Shown: piece by piece, positions 48,450 through 60,153 of the stretch | Numbering within the stretch: the stretch's first letter is position 1 | Layout of the letters: every line of letters starts with the position of its first letter | DNA from: Chiloscyllium plagiosum | Taxonomy: Eukaryota | Assembly: GCF_004010195.1 (NCBI RefSeq) | Contig: NC_057719.1 | Span: 87,056,274-87,120,273 of the forward strand | Direction of reading: 5' to 3' | DNA length: 64,000 nucleotides | Position numbers and translations under genes: made by a program | Notes under the pieces: model-generated | Seen by the model: the letters and a program-made list of their open reading frames with translations, nothing else | What the model was told of the DNA's origin: nothing | Database searches by the model: none

Positions 48450-49770
48450 CCAATTCTCTTTCCAATCCTCCCACTTCCTCCAAACAAAAGGAGTAGCCAT
48501 GGGCACCCGCATGGGCCCCAGCTATGCCTGCCTCTTCGTAGGATATGTGGAACAGTCCATCTTCCGCAACTACACTGGCCCCACCCCCCACCTTTTTCCT
48601 CCGCTACATCGATGCTGTATCGGCACCGCCTCGTGCTCCCACGAGGAGGTGGAACAGTTCATCCACTTCACCAACACCTTCCACCCCGACCTCAAATTCA
48701 CCTGGACAGTCTCAGATTCCTCCCTCCCCTTCCTCAACCTTTCTATTTCTATCTCAGNNNNNNNNNNNNNNNNNNNNNNNNNNNNNNNNNNNNNNNNNNN
48801 NNNNNNNNNNNNNNNNNNNNNNNNNNNNNNNNNNNNNNNNNNNNNNNNNNNNNNNNNNNNNNNNNNNNNNNNNNNNNNNNNNNNNNNNNNNNNNNNNNNN
48901 NNNNNNNNNNNNNNNNNNNNNNNNNNNNNNNNNNNNNNNNNNNNNNNNNNNNNNNNNNNNNNNNNNNNNNNNNNNNNNNNNNNNNNNNNNNNNNNNNNNN
49001 NNNNNNNNNNNNNNNNNNNNNNNNNNNNNNNNNNNNNNNNNNNNNNNNNNNNNNNNNNNNNNNNNNNNNNNNNNNNNNNNNNNNNNNNNNNNNNNNNNNN
49101 NNNNNNNNNNNNNNNNNNNNNNNNNNNNNNNNNNNNNNNNNNNNNNNNNNNNNNNNNNNNNNNNNNNNNNNNNNNNNNNNNNNNNNNNNNNNNNNNNNNN
49201 NNNNNNNNNNNNNNNNNNNNNNNNNNNNNNNNNNNNNNNNNNNNNNNNNNNNNNNNNNNNNNNNNNNNNNNNNNNNNNNNNNNNNNNNNNNNNNNNNNNN
49301 NNNNNNNNNNNNNNNNNNNNNNNNNNNNNNNNNNNNNNNNNNNNNNNNNNNNNNNNNNNNNNNNNNNNNNNNNNNNNNNNNNNNNNNNNNNNNNNNNNNN
49401 NNNNNNNNNNNNNNNNNNNNNNNNNNNNNNNNNNNNNNNNNNNNNNNNNNNNNNNNNNNNNNNNNNNNNNNNNNNNNNNNNNNNNNNNNNNNNNNNNNNN
49501 NNNNNNNNNNNNNNNNNNNNNNNNNNNNNNNNNNNNNNNNNNNNNNNNNNNNNNNNNNNNNNNNNNNNNNNNNNNNNNNNNNNNNNNNNNNNNNNNNNNN
49601 NNNNNNNNNNNNNNNNNNNNNNNNNNNNNNNNNNNNNNNNNNNNNNNNNNNNNNNNNNNNNNNNAAACGTCGATTCTCCTGTTCCCTGGATGCTGCCTGA
49701 CCTGCTGCGCTGTTCCAGCAACACATTTTCAGCTCTGATCTCCAGCATCTGCAGACCTCACTTTCTCCCC
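48450..49770 (+). mobile_element. Young Penelope-like element (family A): RT fragment, assembly gap 48758-49664, terminal repeat
   Basis: FLQTKGVAMGTRMGPSYACLFVGYVEQ, FFLRYID, FTNTFHPDLKFTW...SLPFL; after the gap aaacgtcgattctcc...cactttctccc. Confidence 0.88.
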
Positions 49771-50565
49771 TTATTAATCCTTCAACTAAGGGAAATCTCT
49801 GGTCACCCCTCTCTCACTTCTAGCAGGTGTTTCTCAATTTTTAGCCTGTTGATCAATTCATATTTGTGGAATTCTTATTGTGTCCTTGATCTTTGTGTAC
49901 CTTAAAGAATTCAAGAGATCAATAAATGCCAGCTTTGCCATTTAGGTAAATAATAGAACTAGAGGGATATCTAGAGCATACTTGGCAGATGGTAGTCACC
50001 TGCACAATTGTAATATTAGAGGCATAGCTCCATGGATTGTGTGTGTGTAGCTGTAATATTGGAGGTAGAGCTGGATTGTCTTTGAGACATTTGAGATTGG
50101 TGAATGGGCCGGAGCGCATACAGCAACAGAGGTCCTGGTCAGATGTAGGACAAGGGACATAGATCTGTGCTTATTCCAGGCAGAAGTGGAGCTCAGCAAC
50201 CTAGCCACACATTTAACCAAACTGCAGGGGCAAGATATGCATCAAATGTGACAATATACCAGTTAAACCAAAGTGGAACATAAGCTACTTAACAGAAGAA
50301 ATGGAATTGGTGAGATTGGGTAGTGAGAAAACCTACCTTCTCTGATCCTTCATGTTAATCCAGCAACCTTCACCAGATTAGAAGATTGTGATAATAAATC
50401 AATGTCTGTCTTCCTTTGGAAATGCACTGTTAACCTGTGCTGAATGGTATCTATGGCAGCATGAAATGACTGACTTAAGTTCAGAGGATGATTGTGTAAT
50501 ATTAGGTTCATTTTTGTTGTGATACCTGTGCCTGCGATGTCATTAAAATCTGAATATCACATTCT

Positions 50566-50624
50566 ATTGTGTGATTTTTTAACTTTGTACACCCCAGTCC
50601 AACACCGGCATCTCCAAATCATGA
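50566..50624 (+). repeat. Isolated extreme 3' tip of the PLE family-B terminal repeat
   Basis: tgtgattttttaactttgtacaccccagtccaacaccggcatctccaaatcatgac matches 33031-33086. Confidence 0.75.
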
Positions 50625-52014
50625 CATTCTATTTTGATATTTACCAGCAGAACTCTGGGACAAGTTTCCTGGCTGAATTTCTGCTGCTATCTTCCATATT
50701 CTGTGGTGATTCCTACTCTGTCTGAGTGCTGCCCTTTAGTGGAGTCACCAAGGGCTGATCAGAATGGCTCAAATTGCATCAAGTGATGCCTCTGCCCTCG
50801 AGTAGTAGGGAGGCAGTCAAATCAAGACTTAGTCCTAGACAGTTGTAATTGGTGTGGTTGTGTGTATGAAACTATAATAATATCTTACACACAATAATTG
50901 CTTACTTAAAACAAAGGGGTAGATGGTAAACAATTCTCAGCTGCTGGAGATTACAGAGCAGATAGCAGAGCGGAAAAAATATGTGGAGCATGCCAGTATT
51001 AGCTGCTGCTCTGAGAAAAGGTTGCTTGATCACGCCATCTGAAAGGTTCAGGACAAGGAGTTGGAGGAAAGGGACCGGAAAACTATGTTTCTGTTTCTCT
51101 GCCAGCCTGAAGGTAACAGGAAATGCAAGTGAGGAAATGATTGATGTAAGATTATTAGTGAAATAGTTCTGTATGCAAACCCCCTCAATTTGATGAGGTG
51201 CAAAGTCCCCTTAACAGAATCCCCACACCCCCAGAATGAGAGTTCATAATGTTGGAGCCACCAAAGTTAAGGCCTCTGGTGCAGGACTCTTTTCAAGGCT
51301 GTAAAGAGAAGAGCTCTCAGAGGTCAGTCGAATTGGATGGCAAAAAGTTCTGGTTTTTGATACCCGACACAACCTCTCAGAATTCTCCAGTGGCCTTCAT
51401 GCTGCCCTTTCTGACCTATCCACAATTTTGAGCTGCCTGTTACCTGCCTCAATTTAGTGGCTGTTTGGAGGTGGTCAGGGAAATTAGTGTAATCCCAACT
51501 GGTCACCTTTCCCAGGAAAAAGACATGCCAAATAAACAAATACTAATTATTGATTTAGTTGAAAACCAGTTAATGCTTCAGAAAGTGACTCTTCCAAAGA
51601 TCCTAATGAGCATATACCTAAAGTGTGAGCTGTTTCTGAATGCTATCCCTTAAAATTGGATTTTCATCTTGCTGCTTTCTAAAGTGTCAACCAAAGCAAC
51701 TTCTAATGTTTAAATCTGGAATGAATTAGAGAAATACTACAACGGGTTCGTATGTAATAATGGAATGAACCAGAAATTGTAACTGACCCCACACACTATA
51801 CATCATGAAGCAGTAATCTTTCAGGGAAATCCTCATTTTGATGACATGGATAAGGATTGGCTCAGTTAAAATTGAGGGGAGATATTCTTGATGTTTTCAG
51901 CATCCATTGTAGCTTTCCCTCCCCTCCCTCCTTCATTTCTCTCATCTCTGTGCTATACATTGGCTCTCCCACTGATAGTTTCAGCCACCCTATAACCTCT
52001 CTTTAACAATTCCA

Positions 52015-52335
52015 GGGCGACACGGTGGCTCAGTGGTTAGCACTGCTGCTTCACAGCGCCAGGGACCTGGGTTCGATTCCACCCTCTGGCAACTGTCTAT
52101 GTGGAGTTTGCACATTCTCCCAGTGTCTGCTTGGGTTTCCTCTGGGTGCTCTGATTTCGTCCCTCAATCACAAAGATGTGCAGGTTAGGTGAATTGGCAT
52201 GCTAAATTGCCCATAGTGTAGGTTATTAGTGCGGTAAATATAGGGTAGGGGAATGGGTCTGGGTGGGTTACCCTTCAGAGGGTCAGGTGTGGACTTGTTG
52301 GGCCAAAGGGCCTGTTTTCACAGTGTGGGGATTCT
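52015..52335 (+). mobile_element. tRNA-derived SINE (HE1/V-SINE type)
   Basis: tggctcagtggttagc A box, ggttcgattcc B box, body as in the 33452 copy. Confidence 0.92.
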
Positions 52336-54334
52336 AATTGCTGAAATTCACAAATCTCATTGTAGATAATCCCACCTCAGTCCACCTGGGGATGGAGGGG
52401 GAGCAGTGGAAAACTGTCATTCAACTCATAATTTCTCTCTTTCAAACTCGACCTATCTCCTGTGTTGTTACTAGTAACTGACCACCTTCCTGTCCGCATA
52501 GCTCCATCAAAGTCACAATTTTGGTTTTGCTTTTTTATTACCCTTCCTCTAAGTGTACTTCCCCTCCTCTTTGAAGCTCATTTTCTTTTTCCATCTGGAA
52601 AAACAATATCTATACATTACAAGCAAATTGTTTTTAAAGCTATCATTTTGATAACTGATTCGGCAGGACATTTTGTTCATGAGGCAGAGTCTGATGAATA
52701 CTCGAGGCAGTACAGGGAATTGCACTGCTTGATCACTGCCATTGGATGGTGGTAGAATACTGACAGAGCTAAATAGGCTGTAAATAGAGAGCTGCATATT
52801 AAATCTGTATCTAACAGCATTTAAGCTCAGCAAATGTTTTGCAAAAGACTCTTTTTTTTTCCAAATATTCCAACCATTTAATATAATCCTAAAGGCAACT
52901 AATTGCTCAAGTGACTTGTAACTCAGCATGAAAGCATAGGCATTAAAAAAAAAGTATCATCTTGTATTTCAAACAGTTAGCACTGAGCGCATCCATTGAC
53001 GCACATCTCGTCTCACTGAAGCATTACTTTGTAAGTTTTATTGCAGTTTGTGTACCTGGAATGTGCAGCACCATTTCACACAAAGTTAGATGCACAGATT
53101 CCACTGTACAACAAGAATACAATCATGGTGAATGTTAGTTTGTCATTGCACAGCATCAGGGTGCAGTATTGGTGGGTAGTAATGCGTCCAAATACTCAGG
53201 AGATCTTCTGTCTTGGTATGTTACACCTTCTTGTGCCATCCTGACACATTCACTGTTGCTCCTATGCAACCACCCTATGACAGTCATCCATTTGTGCTGA
53301 GCTTGACCCATTTTTCAGCTGCCTGATACTACTTCCTCCAGAAGGTATCCCTGTGGCTTTTCAATTCTGAACCCATGGCTGAAATATTGATCTTTTCTTT
53401 TTTCAGTGTCACTTTTAAGAGTTCTTTTTATTCTTGCAGTTTGAAGTATCGTTTCATTTGTCTTATAGCTTGTGTATGGAACTTTTAGCGTAACTCTGCA
53501 TTCGAAAGGCCTGTATTTTCACTCTATAATACCAAATTACTGTATTACAGAGTATATTTCTTAAATCTTTAAAGCCACAGGTGAACAGTTTTTCATGTAC
53601 TGTTGATTTCTGTGCTATCTTGAACCTGATGACCATGTTTGATACTTAGTGACAAAACTGGCACTGTTTTACTTCAGACATTTTAGATTGGAATAACTCA
53701 TTGTGTTACAAATATAAATTGGAGCGAGCTCTCTAATGACGTTGAATCCAGCCAAGGGAGATTGAGCCTGGTTTATTACTCTTCAATGTCACTGTGTGGT
53801 GCTGAGTGTAACTGCAGCTGTAACTGCCTTTGACCTCTTCACTCTTAAAGGTGTCAGCAATTTCCATCATTATGAATGGGAAGTGACTGATTGCAATCTG
53901 ACTCAGAGGGTTAAAAGGCAGAGAGTGATCTGTTTACGTGGCGTATTGCACAGCTACTATCCTCTCTGAGGACTAGCAGTCTGCAGTAAATACTTCCGGC
54001 ACTGTTTCCCTTCACGGTGCAGCATAGACCCCACGGTCAGTGTCGCTATTGAGTTCACTAACTTCCCACACTGGTCTCAACATACTTGGTAACAATTAGC
54101 TCTGATCCACCCGAGGCTACTGGTGACACCACAACACCACAGGAGGCAACATACTTCATAATCCAGGAATTGGGCCTGATGGGGTTCTCCTCAAGGTGAC
54201 TACTGGTGATTTGAGCAGGTTCAGTCCAGACAGTGCTCAAGGGCATTGTAGCCTCTGGTGTTAGCTGGTCCATAAACAGCGATAAATACCAGTATTAGCA
54301 TGTGGAATATGTTCCATTGGAGACATCAAATAGA

Positions 54335-54460
54335 CTCTGGGCAGGGCAAGCACAGAATTAGATATAGCGCAAAGCTCCTTCCACACTGTACCCAGTGAAT
54401 GCTTCCAGAACAGGAACAGCACTTTTTTGATGCAAAGTGAAATCGCCTTTGCACTGCCCC
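54335..54460 (+). repeat. Degenerate tandem repeat, about two units of roughly 65-70 bp
   Basis: agcacagaattagatatagcgcaaagctccttccacactgt / agcacttttttgatgcaaagtgaaatcgcctttgcactgc. Confidence 0.45.
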
Positions 54461-54837
54461 AGAGTCATCATCATACACCCCTACACAGGATGCAAAACAA
54501 AAGGTTGGCGGCTACTCCCCTCCTGGAGTCATGTTGCCATAATTACCCAAGATAAGAATTGCTTGTCCATTTTGGAGAGTACTTGAGTCAACAACATTAG
54601 TGTGTGTATGAATCAGCCATTTAAGTCAGACCAGCTAACAATGACAAATTTCTTTTCCAAAAGGGCATTAGTGAATCAGATGGGTTTTTTCAACCGTTCA
54701 CAGTAATTGTTACGGCCACCATTATTGATGCTATCTTTTAGTTCCAGATTTATTCATTGAATTTAAAATTCCACAAGCTGCCATTGTGAGGTTGAACCCA
54801 TGTCCTTGGTTTATTTGCATGGTTCCGTGAGTTGGTA

Positions 54838-55248
54838 GTGTGGTGCTGCAAAAGCACAGCCGATCAGGCAGCATCTGAGGAATAGGAGAGTTGACACTTT
54901 GAGCATGAGCTCTTCCTGATGAAGAGTTCGTGCTCAAAACATCAACTCTCCTACTTCTCGGATGCTGCCTGACCGGCTGTGCTTTTTGCAGCACCACATT
55001 TTTCGACTCAGGCCTGCAGATGCTGGAGAATCAGAGTCGAAAAATGTGGTGCTGCAAAAGCACAGCCGGTCAGGCAGCATCCGAGAAGTAGGAGAGTTGA
55101 TGTTTTGAGCACGAACTCTTCATCAGGAAGAGCTCATGCTCAAAGTGTCAACTCTCCTATTCCTCAGATGCTGCCTGATCGGCTGTGCTTTTGCAGCACC
55201 ACATTTTTCGACTCTGATTCTCCAGCATCTGCAGGCCTCACTTTCTCT
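54838..55248. mobile_element. Compound palindrome of PLE family-A units (four arms)
   Basis: 54839-55009 and 55035-55202 are reverse complements differing by one T, and each is itself an imperfect palindrome. Confidence 0.85.
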
Positions 55249-56049
55249 TAAATGAATTAGTAGCCCAGGGATTTTACTGCCACATGACCATCTGCAATAC
55301 AGAAGACTTGGGGAAAGGTGAAGCTCGGTGTGATACCAAGCTCTGTATGAGGGGACAAACGTGGTACTGAATTCTACAGAGGTCTCCACAGGTAAAGACT
55401 CGGTTACGTTACAGAAGAGATTAGATACACCAAAATTGTATTTCGTGAATTTAGAAAATTAAGAGGTGACTTAATTTCAAATTCTTTAATAGATAAATCA
55501 ATACTTCTGCTGGTTGGGGAGTCTGGGATTCTAGCATTGAGTAAAAATTAGAATGAAATTAGGCTCAAATTGCATTATGAATGGCATATGTTCCAGAATT
55601 AAAATGGTAAATAGGTCAGATTGTGTTTATCTATTGCAGGGATGTTAAGGAGTTAATCCTGTCAGTTGGTTATATCGCTACTCTGCGGTTTGCCTTTATG
55701 TTGATGTTTTGATACAAAAATTTAAACATTTCCTTTTACTGTTCAGACTTGCATATTTTGTAATTGTTTAAAGCCGGTCCAATGTATCAGGCTGCATGCA
55801 GACTGAAATATTCTGCTTGAGTGCACCTCTACTGAATGTTGTGCTCTAAAACTAGCTGATCGAGTTTGAAACATTCTTATTAACATGTTGCATTAACACT
55901 GGAGATATTTTTCACAAAGCTGCAGGGTTTCACGTTCCAGTACCTCAATTGCTCCTTCATAGACTGAGACACACAAATTGGTCTCCAGCCTCTGTGTTGA
56001 TATCATGGAAATGCTGGGAAAGTGTCCACGTGAAGTCTTACTTTACCTG

Positions 56050-56268
56050 GATCAGAGTGTGGGAGTCGAAGTGTGGCGCTGGAAAAGCGCAGCAGGTCAG
56101 GGAGCATCCAAAGAGCAGGAACTCATTTGGACATACGCCCTTCATCAGAAGTTAATTATGCCCGAAACATCAACACTCCTGCTCATTAGATGCTGCCTGA
56201 CCTGTTTTTCCAGCACTACTCTTGTCGCCTCTGACTGTCCAGCAACTGCAGTCCTCACTTTCTCCTCA
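56050..56268. mobile_element. Diverged palindromic PLE family-A unit
   Basis: gctggaaaagcgcagcaggtcagg...cccttcatcagaag...tatgcccgaaacatc...gatgctgcctgacctg...ctgcagtcctcactttctcc. Confidence 0.78.
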
Positions 56269-56429
56269 GAGTTGGTGTAAGGCCCATGGATTTGCAATTA
56301 TTCCTACTGAGAAGTAGGCAGACATTTGCAAGTGATGATCAGTTGAGGTGGCTTGTGATGGTTGCCATTATGAAAGTGCCTGTTGTCTTATAAAGAATGC
56401 CTATTTGGTGTGGTACCAGGGAAAGATTG

Positions 56430-56930
56430 CCATTCATTTACATAGTGCCTTTTATGACTTTTTGGATGTCCCACTCACTTTACAGTCAAATTAAGTACTT
56501 TTGTCATGTAGTCACTGTTCTAATGTAAGAAATCTAACATAAATTGGAGCAGGAGTAGACCATTTAGCCCCTCCAACTGCCCACCATTCCATAAAAGTAT
56601 ACTCATCTGCCCAGGCCTCAACTGCTTTTTCATGTCAGTTCCTTATGGTTGTCAACTTAGACACAGTGAAGCATCGTGAAATGCAATACGATCATGCCCA
56701 GATAGTCAATTTTACTTTCAGCTGAAGCATAAATATGAGGCATAATTCTCAGGAGAGCTCCCTCCTTGTGCTAGTGTCCCAAGATCTCATGTCTCTCTGA
56801 GAAGAGAAATAAAGCCTATGTTTAATGTCATGTCTAACTGCTAGCACCATTAACAGTGCAGTTCAGTGGCAGCCTGGGTTATGGTCAGGTTTGAACTGAC
56901 CAATCAGGAGGTGACAATGTTCACTGTCGT
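56430..56930 (-). mobile_element. Deu-domain SINE (SacSINE1-like), decayed, with a CR1 tail insertion
   Basis: catttacatagtgcctttta...aagtactttt...tgtagtcactgtt matches the reverse of the Deu-SINE 3' end as I recall it. Confidence 0.55.
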
Positions 56931-56936
56931 CAGGCA

Positions 56937-57066
56937 TACATCAGAAAAACGTTTATTCACTTGCAGCAGGTATACATCGTTCCCTGAAGGGCTGTGTTTA
57001 GCAGAGGGAGCACCTTCAGGGAACGATGTATACCTGCTGCAAGTGAATAAACGTTTTTCTGATGTA
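56937..57066. repeat. Perfect 54-bp inverted repeat with a 22-nt spacer
   Basis: 56937-56990 is the exact reverse complement of 57013-57066. Confidence 0.97.
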
Positions 57067-57814
57067 GCGAAGACATATTGTGGTAGGACTCAGCCGCAAA
57101 TTCTACCGAAATGAAAAGTTTCAGTAAAGGAGATTCCATGGGACTGTTTGGGTTACAACTAGATAATTCTGAAGTATCCACCGTCACGTTGAACTAAGCA
57201 GTCCATTTGAAGACTGTAGCTTATTGTAAGACACGGGAGCCGTGACTGGAAGCAAGTTGCTGTTACTGGATAAAAATGCTTTCATTGTTATATATAAAAT
57301 GGAATTTCACTCTGGTTCAAGTAATGATGTAGTCCCTTTTATAACATCAAGTTGGTCTGTAATTCCTTTTATTTCTATTCTCTAGTCACTACTTCCCCCA
57401 TCACTTCAAAGTCGAAAAATCAGCCCTGTTTCTGTTAAATGCTTTACTTGAGTTCCCTGCCAGCAGAGCAACCAGGAAACTTGCCTCTGAATTTCCTCTA
57501 GTTGTGGAAATGAGTTATAGAGCAATCCACATCTGGGCCAAACGATCTCCTATTTCCCTTCCCAGCTTCAAGCTAAATATAAATTGCAAACAGGAAAAAT
57601 AGACTGGCTAGGTTCACAAACAGCACTGATGTTCCTCTGACTAGTTTTGTCAGATATTTTTACAGTTCAAACCCTCCCGCTTTCCTTACGAAGATCCTGT
57701 TGAAAACTCAACATTGCAGCAACAACTAGCTAATTACGTATTGATCAGCTCTTTTGAGAAGAATTTGTACTCTTACAGATCATGACTGATGTCCCATTGC
57801 ACAGACAGCAAATT

Positions 57815-58160
57815 GAGACTTGCATTCATCTAGCATGATTCTTTGAAACCGTTTAAAGTGCGACTATTATTCCTAACATGCAGCAATAGCAATTACCTGA
57901 CAAACATATCAATCATTTTGCTCAAAGCAAGATCCCACATCAAGCAATGAGATGACCTTCTATCTGGCTTTAATATTAGTGGTTGAAGAGGGAATGCTGA
58001 CACTAGGGCAACATTTTTTGCTTCAGATAGTACAATAGGATTTTCAACGTTGTCTTGAACTTGCATTAGGCCCTTGTTTGAATTTTTGGTTTGATGAATG
58101 CACTGTTTACCATACAGCTCTTCCATAGTTCCTTGCTCTTCCTAACTTTAAGTCTGAAGT
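57815..58160 (-). mobile_element. Deu-domain SINE (SacSINE1-like), decayed
   Basis: acttgcatt...aagcaagatcccacatcaagcaatgagatgacc. Confidence 0.55.
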
Positions 58161-58177
58161 CACATTATCAGTGTAGG

Positions 58178-58303
58178 CAAAAGTGGGGACTGCAGATGTT
58201 AGAAATCAGTCAAGATTAGAATGGTGCTGGAAAAGCACAGCAGGTCAGGCACCATCCGAGGAGCCTAAAAATCGACGTTTTGGGCAAAAGCCCTTCATCA
58301 GGA
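58178..58303 (-). mobile_element. Monomeric PLE family-A terminal-repeat unit with hammerhead motif (G12 to A) at 58274-58301
   Basis: Minus: CUGAUGA-A-GGGC(UUUU)GCCC-AAAA-CG-UC followed by the family-A tail. Confidence 0.8.
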
Positions 58304-59509
58304 CAGTAGGCATCAATTGAGACCAGAACAAAGATGTCTTTTCTTGTGTTAGTGCTTGATAGCAGAAATCAGTTTTCTCTACAGAAAGTGCTATAATGTG
58401 AACAAAAGAACCCAGCATGCCTATTAATCAAAAGCTTCCATGGCATTCCATGGTGTGTGTGAAAGTTGATCAAGCTAAGTTTCACTTACCTCACAGGACA
58501 TGGAGGTAAAAGCACAAGTACATGTTAGAGGTTACAGATGCTGGGAACTCCATGTACTGTGGTACTACTGTGCTATTTCAGATTTCATTCTTTTGTGGTA
58601 TGTGGGCACTGTTGCCAAAGACAACATTGGTTGCCCACACCCCATTGTTGTCCTTGAACACTTTAGATTGCTCGACACTTTAGAGGACAGTTCAGATTCA
58701 ACTACCTCACTCTGAAGTCTCTTAGGCCAGGTTGAGTAAGGACAGCAGATTTCCTTCCCTAAAGGATATTAGTGATACAGGTGCATTTTTACAGCAATTG
58801 ATTGTTGTGGTTGTTACTGAAACTGGTTTTCAATTCCAGAATTTTATAAATTGATTTTAAATTGCACTAGCTATACAGTATCCCCAAAACATTAGCTTGA
58901 GCTCTGGGTTGCTAGCTAATTGACATGACATCATCGTCTCTGCCGATCAGTAAATGGTCAGAAGACTGATTTTGAGCTGGTGCTTTTGGCAAGTTTCTCT
59001 TCACTGGTTGATGATCATGTAAACAGTTTAATCTGTTGAATTGAATGATTGGAGTTTTGTAGATAAATTAACTGTCTATCTTTGAAGCCCAATTCCTAGA
59101 ATGTGATCCCCATGATAACTTCAATCTGTGAAGCATGAGCTGTGATAGAATGAGATTCAACTTTCTAATGTGCAAGTCCAAAAGTTCTTATTTCACTGCT
59201 TACCTTCATCTTGCTGTCTGTTTTTTCCATATTCTTTGAGTAACATAGCAATGTAACAAGTTAGACGGTATTGTAGTCAAAACTACCATTACATGTCTTC
59301 CAAGAAAAATGAAGAGCCGAGTTGCTTTGAGCTTGGCTGGTGCAAATGTTTTCTTCTAATACCCTCCAAGGTAGATGAAATTCTAGGAACAGTTGAGGCC
59401 TAAAATAGGGATAGTAACAGAGTTGCAATGCACCTATCCAGATACTCGTCCAGACAAAGATCCAGAAGTATGATTTCAAATCCTACCATGGCAGCATGGG
59501 AATTTCAAA

Positions 59510-60153
59510 TAGTCATAGAGATGTACAGCGTGGCAACAGACCCTTCGGTCCAACCTGTCCATGCTGACCAGATATCCCAATCTTATCTAATCCCACCTGC
59601 CAGCACCCGGCCCATATCCCTCCAAACCCTTCCTATTCATATACCCATCCAAATGCCTCTTAAATGTTGCAATTGTACCAACCTCCACCACTTCCTCTGG
59701 CAGCTCATTCCGTACATGTACCACCCTCTGTGTGAAAAAGTTGCCCCTTAGGTCTCTTTTATATCTTTCCCCTCTCACCCTAAACCTATGCCCTCTAGTT
59801 CTGGACTCTTTTTCCCTCCAACACCCCACTCCCCTCCACCCCACTCCAGGGAAAAGACTTTGTCTATTTATCCTATCCATGCACCTCATGATTTTATAAA
59901 TCTCTATAAGGTCACCCCTCAGCCTCCGACGCTCCAGGGAAAATAGCCCCAGCCTATTCAGCCTCTCCTTATAGCGCAAATCCTCCAACCCTGGCAACAT
60001 CCTTGTAAATCTTTTCTGAACCCTTTCAAGTTTCACAACATCGTTCCAATAGGAAGGAGACCAGAATTGCACACAATATTCCAACAGTGGTCTAACCAAT
60101 GTCCTGTACAGCCGCAACATGACCCCCCAACTCCTGTACTCCATACCCTGACC
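59510..60153 (-). mobile_element. CR1 3' fragment (young) inserted into a SINE-like repeat (59400-60490)
   Basis: 185-aa minus ORF EYRSWGVMLRLYRTLVRPLLEYCVQFWSP...GLEGYGPGAGRWD. Confidence 0.93.

Noticed and set aside
48396..49905. Long 325-490-aa ORFs in the track
   Set aside because: Artefacts of reading through a 907-nt N gap; only the Penelope RT fragment before the gap is real
52015..52090. tRNA-like sequences (also 2179, 33452, 26625, 63460)
   Set aside because: They are SINE heads continuing into SINE bodies, with no complete cloverleaf
52462..52755. ORF containing LITDSAG, resembling the next INO80 exon (GKESLITDSGKL)
   Set aside because: The match is limited to 5 residues, the downstream LDVLL..LK..GHRVLIYSQM is absent and no suitable splice sites are present; the next exon lies beyond the window
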